Counted from the first letter of the stretch, positions 50,644 through 62,775 are shown. The stretch is 64,000 bases of DNA from Chiloscyllium plagiosum (GCF_004010195.1 NC_057720.1:32255747-32319746); one strand, 5' to 3'. Numbers and translations: made by a program. Notes: generated from the letters alone by a model not told the origin.

Positions 50644-53600
50644 AGAGATACAGGATCTAACCAGTCGCTGATAGTAAGGGATGAGCAAATATGCACTCTT
50701 TCTGATCTGTTACCTGAGACTGTGGACAGAAATTTAGCATTCCCCTATGTAAGATCAGGTTGGAGTGCCAACTCAATACTGGGGAAGTTATAGTGGGAGC
50801 GATTAACAGAGTGTCAGTTCAGGAATTCATTTTGTTCTTGGGAATGAATTGGCAGGATCCAAGGTGGGAGTGATACCCCATGTTGTGGAGAAGCTCAAGG
50901 AAAACCAAGAAACTGAGGAGTTAAAACAGAAATATCCTAGTATTTTCCCAGACTGTGTGGTAACCAGATCCCACTATCATAAATGCACGAAGCAAAAAGT
51001 AAAGAGAAAGACAAAGGAGCTGAGATTCAGTTGGCGGATACCATGTTTGATATAATGGTGCAGGAAAAACCTGAACAGGCAAAGGGTCAGACAGAAGTGT
51101 TTAGTCTTGAAAGACTAAGGGGCTTGCAACAGCAAGGCAAGATGATAAAAGATATATATGTGGATGCGTACTCTGAAAAGGAGGCAGAAATATTCCGGAG
51201 GGTTATTATCTAAAAGAAAGAATCCTAAGATGGAAATGGAGACCGCGGCAGGTTAGTGCAGAGGAGAAATGTGCCACAGAACACCAGATTGTGTTGCCGG
51301 TAGCATATAGACAGGAAGTGTTATGGGTAGCACATGAACTACCTGTAGGAGATCACCTAAGGGTAGGAAAGACTCAGACTAAAGTACAAAAACATTTTAT
51401 TGGCCTGGAATGCACAAGGATGTGGTTAACCTTTGCCTTTTGTGTCATACATGCCAAATAGGTAAGCCACAGGCAATAATAAAACCGACACCTTTGTTGC
51501 CAATTCCCGCATTTGAAGAACCTTTCACACGGGTTATAATTGATTGTGTAGGTCCCCTTCTGAGAACAGAAAAATGGGAACCAGTACTTGTTAACCATAA
51601 TGGAGGTGTCTGCCAGATTTCTGGAGGCAATTCCATTACCGAGTATCAAGGCAAAAAATGTGGTCGAGGAATTAATAGCTTTCTTCACACGGTATAGGCT
51701 AGCCAGAGAGATTCAGTGGGACCAAGGGTCCAATTTTACTGCTAGGCTGTTTAAGGAGGTTATGGATAGCTTAGGTATATAGCACAATAAATCCAGTGGT
51801 ATCATCTTGAATCCCATGAAGCTTTGGAAAGGTGGCATCAGACCCTGAAGACCATGTTGAGAACATACTGTCAAGGTTACCCGAATGATTGGGATAAAGG
51901 TATCCCATTTATATTGTTTGCCGTTAGAGATGCCCCAAACAGATCTACTCAGTTTACTCCCTTTTAGTTAATATTCGGTCATGAAGTGAGAGTCCCTTTG
52001 AAATTAATTAAAGAAAAATTGACAGGGCCCAAGTTGGATATCTCACAATTAGATTATGTATCAGAGATGTGGGAGAGATTAAATTGAGTAGTGAGTTAGC
52101 TAAACAGCACCTAAAGAGGGCACAGTGTAGAATGAAGCAGGTGACAGATAAAAACTCTGAGACACAGATGTTTTCCTAAGGGGATAATATGTTAGTACTG
52201 ATACCAGTGATTGGAGATCCCTTCAAAACCAGGTTTAGTGTTCTCGATCAACCTGAGAAAAAGTTGAGTCAGGTGAACTATTTAGTAAAGATGCAGATAG
52301 GAAAAAATGGTATCGGGTATGTCATGTGAATATGTTGAAACTGTATTATACTAGAGAGAAAGAATTAGAGAAACAGGTGTTAGTTACTGCCCTGCACGGT
52401 GAGGAATCAAATTCAGATAATATGGACTTTGAGGTGCCTCAAAATAGAGTAAAAAATGAAGAAGACCTAGAGGAGTGGGATAAATTAGTAAGCTATCTGT
52501 CTCAAGAGCACAGAACGCAGTTGAAAGATTTGTTACTGCAGGATAAGGACATATGCAAGAAGCAGATGGGGAGGACTAATGCTACTGTATATGATGTAGA
52601 TGTAGGGAATACTGCTCCGATAAAACAACACCCCTATTGGCTTAATCCTGTCAAAGCCAGACAAGTTCAGATGGAGATGGAGGGCATGCTCGACGAGAAC
52701 ATCATTGAACCAAGCCAGAGCGAGTGGAGTTTGTCAATTGTCTTAGTTCCCAAACTGGATGGGACTCAACAATTCTGCGTGAATTATCGGAAGGTCAACG
52801 CCATTACAAAATCGGACTCATATCCAATTCCTAGATTGGAGGACTGTATCGAGAAAATCTGACAAGCCATTTAAATCACCAAGTTGGACTTAATGCGTGG
52901 TCACTGGCAGGAACCTTTATCAGAAACGGCAAAAGAAATTTCTGCATTTGTAACCCTAAATGGACTATATCAGTATAAAGTGATGCCCTTTGTAATGAAG
53001 AACGAGCCCACTACATTCCAAAGACTCACGAACAGAGTCATGGCTGGGTTAACAAACTGCGCAGTCTCTTTGGATGATGTAGTAATCTTTAGTAAGTCCT
53101 GGAAAGATCATGTGGCACAGTTGGCAGAGCTCTTTAAACAACTACAAGGAGCAAAAACTGGTGATAAATTTAAATAAAACAGAATTCATGAAAGCAGAAG
53201 TGATGTTCTTGGGACATAACATCGGTCATGGAAGGTTGACCCCACAGAACACAAAGACAAAGGCTATCGAGGAATTTCCACAACCAACCTCGAAGAAAGA
53301 AGTGCTTCAATTCTTAGGACTTAACAGATTCTATTGGATGTTTGTTCCAAACTTCAGCAGTGTAGTGGCACCATTAACCGATTTGCTGAAGAAGAACACA
53401 AAGTTTCGATGGACAGAACCATGCCAGGAGGCATTTAACCATTTCAAATTGATATTAACCACCAAACCAGTTTTAGCTACATCAAACTTTTAAAAACCTT
53501 TTTAAGTCGCCATCAATGCTAGTGGAGCTGTCCTCCTACAGGAAGATGAGGATGGGATTGAATTCCCAGTTGGTTACTTTTCAAAGAAGATCAACATCCA

Positions 53601-54070
53601 CCAGAGGAAATATTCCACAATCGAAAAGGAACCTTTGAGTTTGGTACTGGCCTTACAGCATTTTAATGTGTATGTCACGAACAATGTGTCGGAGACAATT
53701 GTGTACACTGACTACAATCCACTTACATTCTTAGAACACTTTAAAGATAAGAATATGAGATTATTTCATTGGAGTCATGTGTTACAGACTTTCAATTTAA
53801 AAATCATGCATGTTGCGGATTGGAAGAATGTAATCGCAGACGCATTATCACAGATTTAACTGATCAAGTTTAGATGAGATTTGTCTTTATTTAATGTTTT
53901 ATGTATAGTATATGGGATGAAGTTAAGGTGAACTTATATGAAAATTATCGGTATGTTAGGGTAATGTGTTTAAAAGGTAGAAAAAAAAGGAAGCTATCTT
54001 TTCATTATGATGGTTCATTTTTTCTGAAGGGAGATATAATAACAAGATACCCTGTTTGATATAATCAATT

Positions 54071-54784
54071 TGTTACAACACAGGGTAAACTCTCCTGCTT
54101 AATTTAAAACCAGCAACACAGAAAAGATTTATCCAATGCAGTAATCTGTAAAAATTCGATTGACTAAGCACTATGTCAAGTAAAAATGAACAATTTTATT
54201 TCTTAAAGTATAACAGAGAATAATTAACTAACCACTATTTACAATTTCTTTCTTTCACCTATCTCTTACCTTCCCTTCTATAATACAAGTCCAATAAAAC
54301 TCCTAACTAAGATTTACAGAACAACATTTGTTATCTCAAAACCAGGCAGCTGTAGATTCTAATCTTTGGATATTCCTGTGTCCTCTTTTCTTTTGTTAGG
54401 AATTTCTGCATCACAGGTTACTGATCAAAAAGGGACTTTTAAGATAGATTTTTTTTTCAAGCAGTCTACATGCTAGGACTTGGCAGTTCTCCTCTCAAAC
54501 CTTCAATTTTCCCCTGGTCTTATATCACAGAGCATCGGATTGTGTCATTGGCTTTTAAGATTGTTAATATACTCAATTCAAACTTGATTGGAAATTGATA
54601 TTTTTATCCGGGTATAATTTAAACTGATTGGCCGAAGTCAAATTTGTTTTTGTCTCCAGGAAACAAGCTAATCGAGTTGTTCAACTGACTCTTACATTGT
54701 TACCTTATTGAGAATACTTGGTGCTGTGCCCGGTAGTTCTGCTGCTTTTAATTCTCTTAAATGTACACCCACATCTTCACAACA
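54071..54784 (-). repeat. LTR of the same Gmr1-like family, in inverted orientation
   Basis: Reverse complement begins TGTTGTGAAGATGTGGG and ends AAATTAAGCAGGAGAGTTTACCCTGTGTTGTAACA, matching both ends of 47517-48486. Confidence 0.92.
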
Positions 54785-56144
54785 TTAGTCTTTTAATAAT
54801 ACATGGAGTTCCAACCAAACACTCCTATCTGGAAGTTTTGCAAACTATCTGTTCTGAAGAATATCCTTTCCTAGCAGAGATAATGCTTGCAATTTACTTC
54901 AGCCAGGTTTCCTTCAGCTGCACCCAATAGCATTTGATATAAACTTTAAAAACTTGCTCATCCGAGATCTTGCTAAGCTAATGGCCTAATTTTTTTTTCA
55001 ATCCAGCCATAATGTTAATGATATAAACAAGTGTTGTCTGTCTCTAAGAGTGTATACATAAATGAAGATATAGTGGAGACACTTAGAGCTCCATAAAACA
55101 ATTAATTTATTAAGTACTTAATCAAACAATACATGCTTTTAACTACCAGAGATATCTCAATCACTGTTTTTCACTACCCTGTGTGCTGCAGCTAACCCTA
55201 AATGTTATTACCTGGGAGAGTTGGCAGCTGGCCAGTCTGGAGCTTTTCTCAATGTTTTCACCACCTATGCCTGCTGATGTAAGGTATGTCTTCCTGTTGA
55301 AATTGGGGTTTCCTGGGCTGCTATTTAAACAGTTCAGACCTGCCAAGTTGACATTCCGATTTCCTTATTTGGAACTGCTTGTGAAACTTGTCCAATTGCA
55401 AATGGTTTTACCATACATAGCTAGCAATTGTCAAATTCTTTTGGTTTCTGCAAATCGTTCTCAAAATTATGGTCTCCACTGTAACTTAACTGCCAGATTG
55501 GTCTTCACAGCAGCTGGAATGTCATTCTGTTCATTCTTCCTAACTGCAGTATGAACTTTGGCATGGTTACCTATTTACCTTAAAGAACAGCTTTCTACAA
55601 TGTCTTCTGTCCAGCTTGCAGTTAACTCATTCTAGTCCACTGTAAAATCTCATATTGATTCCCATATCTTTGACCTTATCCAACACAAGCCTCCATTAAC
55701 TCTCCAAGAGGCACACTACAATTTAAAATCATGGTTCAAGAAAGACTAACATGGTGAATTTTTTAATCCCTTAACAAAAATATACCAATGCTCATATCCC
55801 ACTAATTTAAAATCTGAACTTTAAAAAATTATAAAAAATCACACATCTTTTATAACAACAATATCAAATTAAAAGAAAAAATGTGTATAATGCTGCATAG
55901 ATCATTGGCAGGATGAACGATAGAGAAAATTTTAGAAACCAGCAAAAGATTCCTGGAAACAGAGCATCAGAAATTGGAGTAGAGAGACGGTTAGCAAAAA
56001 TTAGAAAAACAGATAGCAAATGCTTCTCAAAGTATTTAAAAAGGAACAAAGTAGCAAAAGTGAACATTGGTACCTTGTATGGTGAAATTGGAAAATTAAT
56101 AACAGGAACCAAGGAACTCACAGAGAACAGGTATTTTGTAATAA

Positions 56145-56267
56145 AATACACAAAGAACTGAGGATGCTGGAAATCAGAAGTAAAAACAGAAATTGCTGAA
56201 AAAACTCAGCATGTGTGGAGAGAAAGTAAAATTAACATTTCGGGTCCAGTGAGCCTTCTTCAGAACT
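56145..56267 (-). mobile_element. Penelope-like element end (family C) with degenerate hammerhead core
   Basis: Minus strand gttCTGAAGAaggctcactggacccGAAAtgttaa. Confidence 0.75.
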
Positions 56268-56829
56268 CCAAGAATTACAAGTATTTTGTAGATTGGTCTT
56301 CACAGCAGATATAGAAAAGCAGAAGACAAAAGAGTTGGGAGATCTTAAAGTAATCACAACCTTTAGAAAGTGTTAGGAAAACTAATGGGATCAAAGACTC
56401 ACAAGTTCCCTGGACATGACGGCCTGCACCATAGGATGACAAAAGAAACAGCTGCAGAGATAGTGGATGCATCGGTTACAATAGTCCAAAATTCTTGAGC
56501 CTCTAGAAAGGGTCCATTAGACTGAAATAACATAAATGTGTGACCACAATTCCAGGAAGGAAGAATACAGAAAGCCATGAATAGTCTAATGTGTCATTTG
56601 GAAAATTCTAATATTCATCATGGAGGAGATATTAGGAAGGTATTCAGAAAATCCCAATACAATTATGCAGAATCAACATGGTTTTCTGAAAGTTGAAGCA
56701 TGTTTGACAAACTTTATTAGAGATTTTTAAGGATGTTAACAAACAGAGTGCATAAAGAGAAACCAGGAGATGTAGTTCAAGAGATGCAAATAGAGATTAC
56801 AAAAATTATCAAAAGACAAAACTTAAGAC

Positions 56830-57485
56830 ACTGTGTTTTAATTCACGTGGCATTCAAAACAAAACAGATGAACTAGCAATACAAATAAATAAATCACTAT
56901 TATCTACTGCCTATAACTGAGACGAGGCTGTATGATTACCTAGATTGTGACTGAATAATGAAGGATATGTGATACTTAGGAAGGTCAGGAAGCTAGGAAA
57001 GGGTGGCAGAGCAGCTCTGTTAATTAAAGATGATCTTGGCCCAATAGAGAGGGATGACCGTAACTCATGAAACCAGGATATGGAAGCAGTCTTTGTAGAG
57101 ATGAGGAATGACAAAGGCAGGAAGTCACTTATGAGTTGTACACAGGCCCCCAAAAAGTAACCATATATTAACAGAGTATCAGGGAAGAAGTATTGAAGGT
57201 TTATCAAAAGGATAGAGCAATTATGAGGGTGGATTTTGACCTACATATATAGACTGGGAAAATCAGATGAGAAAAAGTAGTCCAGATGAAGAATTCAGTG
57301 AATGTTTCTGGGACAGCTTCTTAATATGTTATGGCACTAACCACAGCGCAAACTGTACTAAAACTAGTTTTGACAATAAGATAGGATTAATTACTGTCCT
57401 CATAATGAAAGAGACTCTGGGTAACAGCAACCAAAATATAATTGAATTTGACTAACAGATTAAGAGAGAGAAATGTGGGCCAGAG
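56830..57485 (+). mobile_element. Old CR1 APE endonuclease remnant
   Basis: Decayed GKGGRAALLIKD, YRPP and DFDLHIDW motifs. Confidence 0.7.
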
Positions 57486-57489
57486 AAGA

Positions 57490-58330
57490 CTTACTGGATG
57501 ACAACATTCCCTCAGTCTTGAAGAAGGGAAACAGAGTTAAATGTGACAGCTATTGAGGCATAACCCCACTCCCCACTGCAGTCAAGGTTCTTGCTGGAAT
57601 ACTCTTGATCCATCTACTTCCATTTGCAGGAGCCATTTTGCCAGGATCTCATTCTGCCTTCAGAATATCAAAGGTCACAATGGATCCAATGCCATCTCCA
57701 TGGTTTCAGCAGAGGTGGAAACAGTTGTTCATTCCTCCATTCCAACTGATGCTCTTCTCTAACATCTTATTTTTGTGGCCTCATTTCCACTTGTGCAGGG
57801 ACAGATTCAGCCACTAGGACGGGATTGGGGCTGGAGTTGGGGTGTTGCCTTTCATGGGAGAGATGTGCAGGGGGTCAGCAATGGAAATATATTGAGCAGA
57901 GACACCACTTCCATGGCCTTCTTTTTCCATCTTCCTTCTTGATGCCAACAACCATTTTTCTGCTGAACTAAAACATTTTCCTGTATATCAGTAAGGTGCT
58001 GAATAGCCACAGTTCGGTTTTGATCTGTCCTACTGAAGCTGACATTCTAAAGAGGAATGATAAGAAGTCAGTTACCTACCAAGCCTGATGCTGTGGTCAC
58101 TCTTTTCATGGATGGAGACATCACTGTGAAAACCTGAGACTATTCTCTCTCTAATCATGCGTAATGCAGCTGAAAAGGGTGACATACTTTCCGATGCCGT
58201 TCCAGAATTATCAGCTTTGTTGATGACCCTCAGATTCAGCATCTACATCTAACTAAGCAGATCTTATAATGCCCTGCTCCCTCTGACACAAACTTTTCAC
58301 TATTGCCCCTGTCTCCACAACCTACTTTTG
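57490..58330 (+). mobile_element. RTE-clade LINE RT remnant
   Basis: VLKKGNRVKCDSY*GITPL..AVKVLAGILL.HLLPFAGAILPGSHSAFR resembles RTE KKGDR..C.NYRGISLL..GKILARILL.RL...LPESQCGFR. Confidence 0.65.
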
Positions 58331-58869
58331 TTCAGTCATGAAGTTTAAGACAGCAGGTGAGGACCTGAACACCTGCCTTGCCTATCTAACTGTGCCAACT
58401 GAGTTGACAGACAGTATGACAAGTCCTGTGACTGTGCATCCTTAGAGTGAGCAACCTCCCTTCATCTTCCTTCTGTACCATCACCTGTACATTGATTGAA
58501 GGGCCAAGGGGGATGAAGAGATCACTAAGTCATTATTGTTCTCAGTGCATGTTGTCAAAATGGAGGTGGTGTTCTGTGCTCTCTCCTCCTGAAAGGGGAG
58601 GATGATGAGACCTATGAGAATAAGAAATAAACTCTGTTAGAAGTTGGAAGGACAACATTTGTAAAGGATTTTTGTGAGAGAGATTATATTAAGATGAGAT
58701 CGATTGTCAGTGAAGGATGTGAATAAGTACATATGTCAGAGAGTGACGTGTACGCTGGTCAGCTAAATTGATTTGAGGCGTGATCTGAGAGTAGACCTTG
58801 GAAAGCAGAATAAAGCAGGGCCAGGGCAAAATGCTGATCAGCATCTACTTGAATGTGCCATTCCATCCG

Positions 58870-59050
58870 TTGTTCCTTAAATGGGAGGTCATTAAACTTC
58901 TTCTGGTACTGTATCCAGGAACATGGCAGCACAGTGACTTCTGACAATGCTTTTTGAGATAGGTCTTTTCCTCAGAATCTCCCTGAAGTTCCTTACAGGT
59001 AGCAGGACTGTCTCAACAATGGCATTGTTGAAATGTGGTGCTGCCTTGTT
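58870..59050 (-). pseudogene. Myb/SANT-like DNA-binding protein remnant of a PIF/Harbinger transposon
   Basis: KAAPHFNNAIVETVLLPVRNFREIL, then after a frameshift SWIQYQKKFNDL (resembles RAPRFS..LE.L..V / W.QC.KKFNDL). Confidence 0.55.
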
Positions 59051-59449
59051 ACATTGTGACTCCAAAACTCCAGGTCTGGGTATGACTAAAGATCTCTGCA
59101 ACATTTCTACTTTGATCCGAACAGGATCCCTCTAAGCAGCTGAGGCAAAATTGACTGACATGGCTTATAATCACACCCAGATGTTTTGGTTGATCAAGAT
59201 ACCATGGCTGAACATAATATTGGATCCAAGTCTTTCCTGCCAACATGTGTTCATCTAGTGTTATTTTAGTAATTATATATTTAACTTTGCTACTCTTTGC
59301 CATAGAAAGTTACTAACTCCTTTATAACAAATGATGTACAGAGAAATTTCATATGAATGCATTAAGTAATCATACACTTGTATAATACCATATAAGTTAA
59401 AAGCCTCCTCTTTCTCCTTTATCTCAGCAACTTTATCTTAAAACACAGT

Positions 59450-59530
59450 CTGATTCCACATGTATGGTGATGACGTCCAACTCTGCCTCTCCAATGTTTC
59501 TTTTGCCCCGCTCTGATTTGCCATGCAGCT
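59450..59530 (+). mobile_element. L2 LINE RT micro-fragment
   Basis: FHMYGDDVQLCLS resembles L2 FHMYADDTQLYLS. Confidence 0.55.
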
Positions 59531-60382
59531 TGGCTAATATTCAAAGACAATAGAAACAATTTGCATTTATACAGAGTCTTTAACATAGTATAAAGTTACA
59601 TGGAAGTTTGCAGAAACAATATTAAACAAAATTTGCTGCAAATCCACTTTGAGTAGAATGTCCAAATGCTTGGACAAAAATTAGATATTAAGCATCTAAA
59701 AGGACTAGAAAAGGTTAAGGGGGACTGTTGGCCTTGGTTGCCCTCTTTACACTTTACAGACACTGATTTTAGTGTACGTGCTACTCGGCTCCCCTAGAGA
59801 GTAGTACAAGTGAGCAGTTGTGGGTGGCAAAGCTGCTTTAGGCAACGGATGTAGCTTATTTAGTCAGCAATTGAGAATTTGCCAAGTAATAGTTTTGCAT
59901 GCTTCTAATTTTTCTCTGTCACTAGCAGACTCGGACATTTAAAAGGTCAAAAGCCAGGCTTTCTTACATTTCTTCCCAGACAGTATCTAAAGCATGCAAA
60001 CTATTATATTAGCTAGCACAGTAACTCATATAATCGATCACTCAAGAGCATGATGGTGTATCATTTATTAAAGTCACACAGTCTCAGAACGTGAGTGACC
60101 ACTTTGCTCAGCAATGACCCCTTCTGGAATTATGAGTTATTCCATTTTGTTTGTACTCATTTTTTAAAAAAAGTTAAATGTAAATTAAATTAAATTTGAA
60201 AAGAAAATATAGCATACCATGAACATTAACTTTGTATTGGTGTGTACTGTCTTTCACCCCAATTTGATAGGATGGTTTTATAACCTCCTAGTTTATTATC
60301 ACACAACAGCAAGATCCAGTTGTATTTGCTCATGGCCATATTAGAAGTGGCACTTGATTCATGAGAAAGTGTTTATCAAATA

Positions 60383-60885
60383 CAGGTCATTCTGGTATAA
60401 CGTGCATTTTGTCAACGCGAATTGGCTATAACGCGATTGACAAATTGTGGATCTAAAAACAAGGACTGCAGATGCTGGAAACCAGAGTCTAGATTAGAGT
60501 GGTGCTGGAAAAGCACAGCAGGTCAGGTAGCATCTGAGGAGCTGGAAAATCGACGTTTCGGGCAAAAGCCCTTCATCAGGAATAGAGGCAGGGTGCCTGC
60601 AGAGTGGAGAGATAAATGACAGGGTATGGGGGTGGGGCAAGGTAGCAAAGAGTACAATAGGTGAAGGGGGGTGGAGATGAAGGTGATAGGTCAGAGAGGA
60701 GGGTGCAGTGGATAGGTAGAAAGGAAGATAGGCAGGTGGGACAGGTCATGGGGACGGTGTTTGTTTGGATAACGCAAACTTGCTACTGAACAGGTATAGC
60801 GATTTTCTAAAGACATCTTAGCGCAATTTTCTATAGCGCGAGTTTGCAGAGGAACACAGCTGTTGCATTATACCAGAATGCCCTG
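60383..60885. mobile_element. Tigger/pogo-like MITE with a TA target duplication
   Basis: TA|CAGGTCATTCTGGTATAA ... TTATACCAGAATGCCCTG|TA. Confidence 0.85.
60455..60758 (-). mobile_element. Penelope-like element end inserted in the MITE; intact hammerhead core
   Basis: Minus strand attcCTGATGAagggcttttgcccGAAACGTCgatt at 60546-60584. Confidence 0.88.
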
Positions 60886-60930
60886 TATACTTTTGTATTA
60901 CTGAAAATACAACTTGTTGAAGTCATAGAG

Positions 60931-61137
60931 GAGAAAGTGAGGTCTGCAGATGCTGGAGATCAAAGTTGAAACTTTATTGCTGGAACAGCACAGCAGGTCA
61001 GGCAGCATCCAGGGAACAGGAGATTCGACGTTTCGGGCACAGGCCGAAGAAGGGCCTGAAGAAGGGCCTGTGCCCGAAACGTCGAATCTCCTGTTCCCTG
61101 GATGCTGCCTGACCTGCTGTGCTGTTCCAGCAATAAA
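60931..61137 (-). mobile_element. Penelope-like fold-back insertion with a 12-bp target duplication
   Basis: Arms 60972-61045 and 61065-61138; GAAGTCATAGAG at 60919-60930 and 61138-61149. Confidence 0.92.
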
Positions 61138-61140
61138 GAA

Positions 61141-62775
61141 GTCATAGAGTCAAACAGTCATAGAGATGTACAGCAAGAAAACAGACCCTTCAGTCCAACC
61201 CGTCCATGCTGACCAGCTATCCCAACCCAATCTAGTCCCACCTGCCAGCACCCGGCCCATTTCCCTCAAAAACCTTCCTATTCATATACCCATCCAAATG
61301 CCTCTTAAATATTGCAATTGTACCAGCCTCCACCACTTCCTCTGGCAGCTCATTCCACACACGTACCACCCTCTGTGTGAATAAGTTGCCCTTTAAGTCT
61401 CTTTATATCTTTCCCCTCTCACCCTAAACCTATGCCCCCTAGTCCTGGACTCCCCCACCCCAGGGAAAAGACTTTGTCTATTTACCCCATCCATGCCCCT
61501 CATAATTTTGTAAANNNNNNNNNCACTCCCTAGGACCTTACCATTAAGTGTATAAGTCCTGCAAAGATTTGCTTGCCTAATATGCAGCATCTCACATTTA
61601 TCTGAATTAAACTCCATCTGCCACTTCTCAGCCCATTGGTCCATCTGGTCCAGATCCTGTTGTAATCTGAGGTAACCCTCTTCGCTGTCCACTACACCTC
61701 CAATTTTGGTGTCATCTGCAAACTTACTAACTGTACTTCTTATGCTCGCATCCAAACCATTTATGTAAATGACAAAAAGTAGAGGACCCAGCACCGATCC
61801 TTGTGGCACTCCACTGGTCACAGGCTTCCAGTCTGAAAAACAACCCTCCACCACCACGTTCTGTCTTCTACCTTTGAGCCAGTTCTGTATCCAAGTGGCT
61901 AGTCCTCCCTGTATGCCATGGGATCTAACTTTGCTAATCAGTCTCCCATGGGGAACCTTGTCGAACGCCTTACTGAAGTCCATATAGATCACACCTACCG
62001 CTCTGCCTTCATCAATCCTCTTTGTTACTTCCTCAAAAAACGCAATCAAGTTTGTGCAACATGATCTCCCACGCCACAAAGCCATGTTGACTATCCCTAA
62101 TCAGTCCTTCCCTTTCCAAATACATGTACATCCTGTCCCTCAGGATTCCCTCCAACAACTTGCCCACCAGTGAGGTCAGGCTCACTGGTCTATAGTTCCC
62201 TGGATTGTCCTTACTACCCTTCTTAAACAGTGGCACCATGATAGCCAACCTCCAGTCGTCTGGCACCTCACCTGTGACTATTGATGATACAAATATCTCA
62301 GCAAAAGGCCCAGCAATCACTTCCCTAGCTTCCCACAGAGTTGTAGGGTACACCTGCTCAGGTCCTGGGGATTTATCTACCTTTACCCGTTTCAAGACAT
62401 CCAGCACTTCCTCCTCTGTAATATGGACATTTTGCAAGATGTCACCATCTATTTCCCTACATTCTATATCTTCCATATCCTTTTCCACAGTAAATACTGA
62501 TGCAAAATACTCATTTAGTATCTTCCCATTTTCTGCTGCTCCTCACAAAGGCCGCCTTGCTGATCTTTGAGGGGCCCTATTCTCTCCCGAGTTATCCTTT
62601 TGTCCTTAATGTATTTGCAAAACCTCTTTGGATTCTCCCTAATTCTATTTACTAAAGCTATCTCATGTCCCCTTTTTGCCCTCCTGATTTCCCTCTTAAG
62701 TATACTCCAACTGCCTTTATACTTTTCTAAGGATTCACTCAATCTATCCTTTCTATACCTTATGTATGCTTCCTT
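61141..62775 (-). mobile_element. CR1/HER1-like LINE ORF2 (RT) and 3' end; small gap at 61515-61523
   Basis: ORFs 61393-62085 ([18 protein letters not shown]), 62033-62488 and 62515-62742. Confidence 0.95.

Larger units (their letters stand above)
47517..54784 (+). mobile_element. Gmr1-clade Ty3/Gypsy LTR retrotransposon (gag, PR, IN, RT, RH), decayed, with an inverted second LTR
   Basis: gag about 48930-50170 (FDEKDV..FE..A, ELVPEAYRQRFR, AAELADEY); PR LRDTGS about 50350-50850; IN about 51300-52200 (CHTCQ, PFTRVIIDCVGPL, DQGSNF); RT 52540-53170 (YPIPRLEDC, LDDVVIFS); RH 53500-53859 (YTDYNPL, NVIADALS). Confidence 0.92.
47107..55857 (-). mobile_element. Large solo-LTR-like element (about 1.5 kb: 47107-47516 plus 54789-55857) that hosts the Gmr1 element
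   Basis: TG...CA bounded insertion in the old CR1; non-coding; minus-strand AATAAA near 47260, close to its 3' end. Confidence 0.5.
46130..56765 (+). mobile_element. Old CR1 ORF2 remnant (46130-47106 and 55858-56765) split by the LTR cluster
   Basis: APE-like decayed motifs (GKGGELALLI, RDSFLEQ); junction reads aactaaggaca|atatcaaatt across the insertion. Confidence 0.7.

Noticed and set aside
47517..54784. DIRS/Ngaro element or endogenous retrovirus (inverted repeats, tRNA-Pro PBS)
   Set aside because: It has a DDE integrase and an aspartic protease, no tyrosine recombinase and no env; motifs are Gypsy/Gmr1-type
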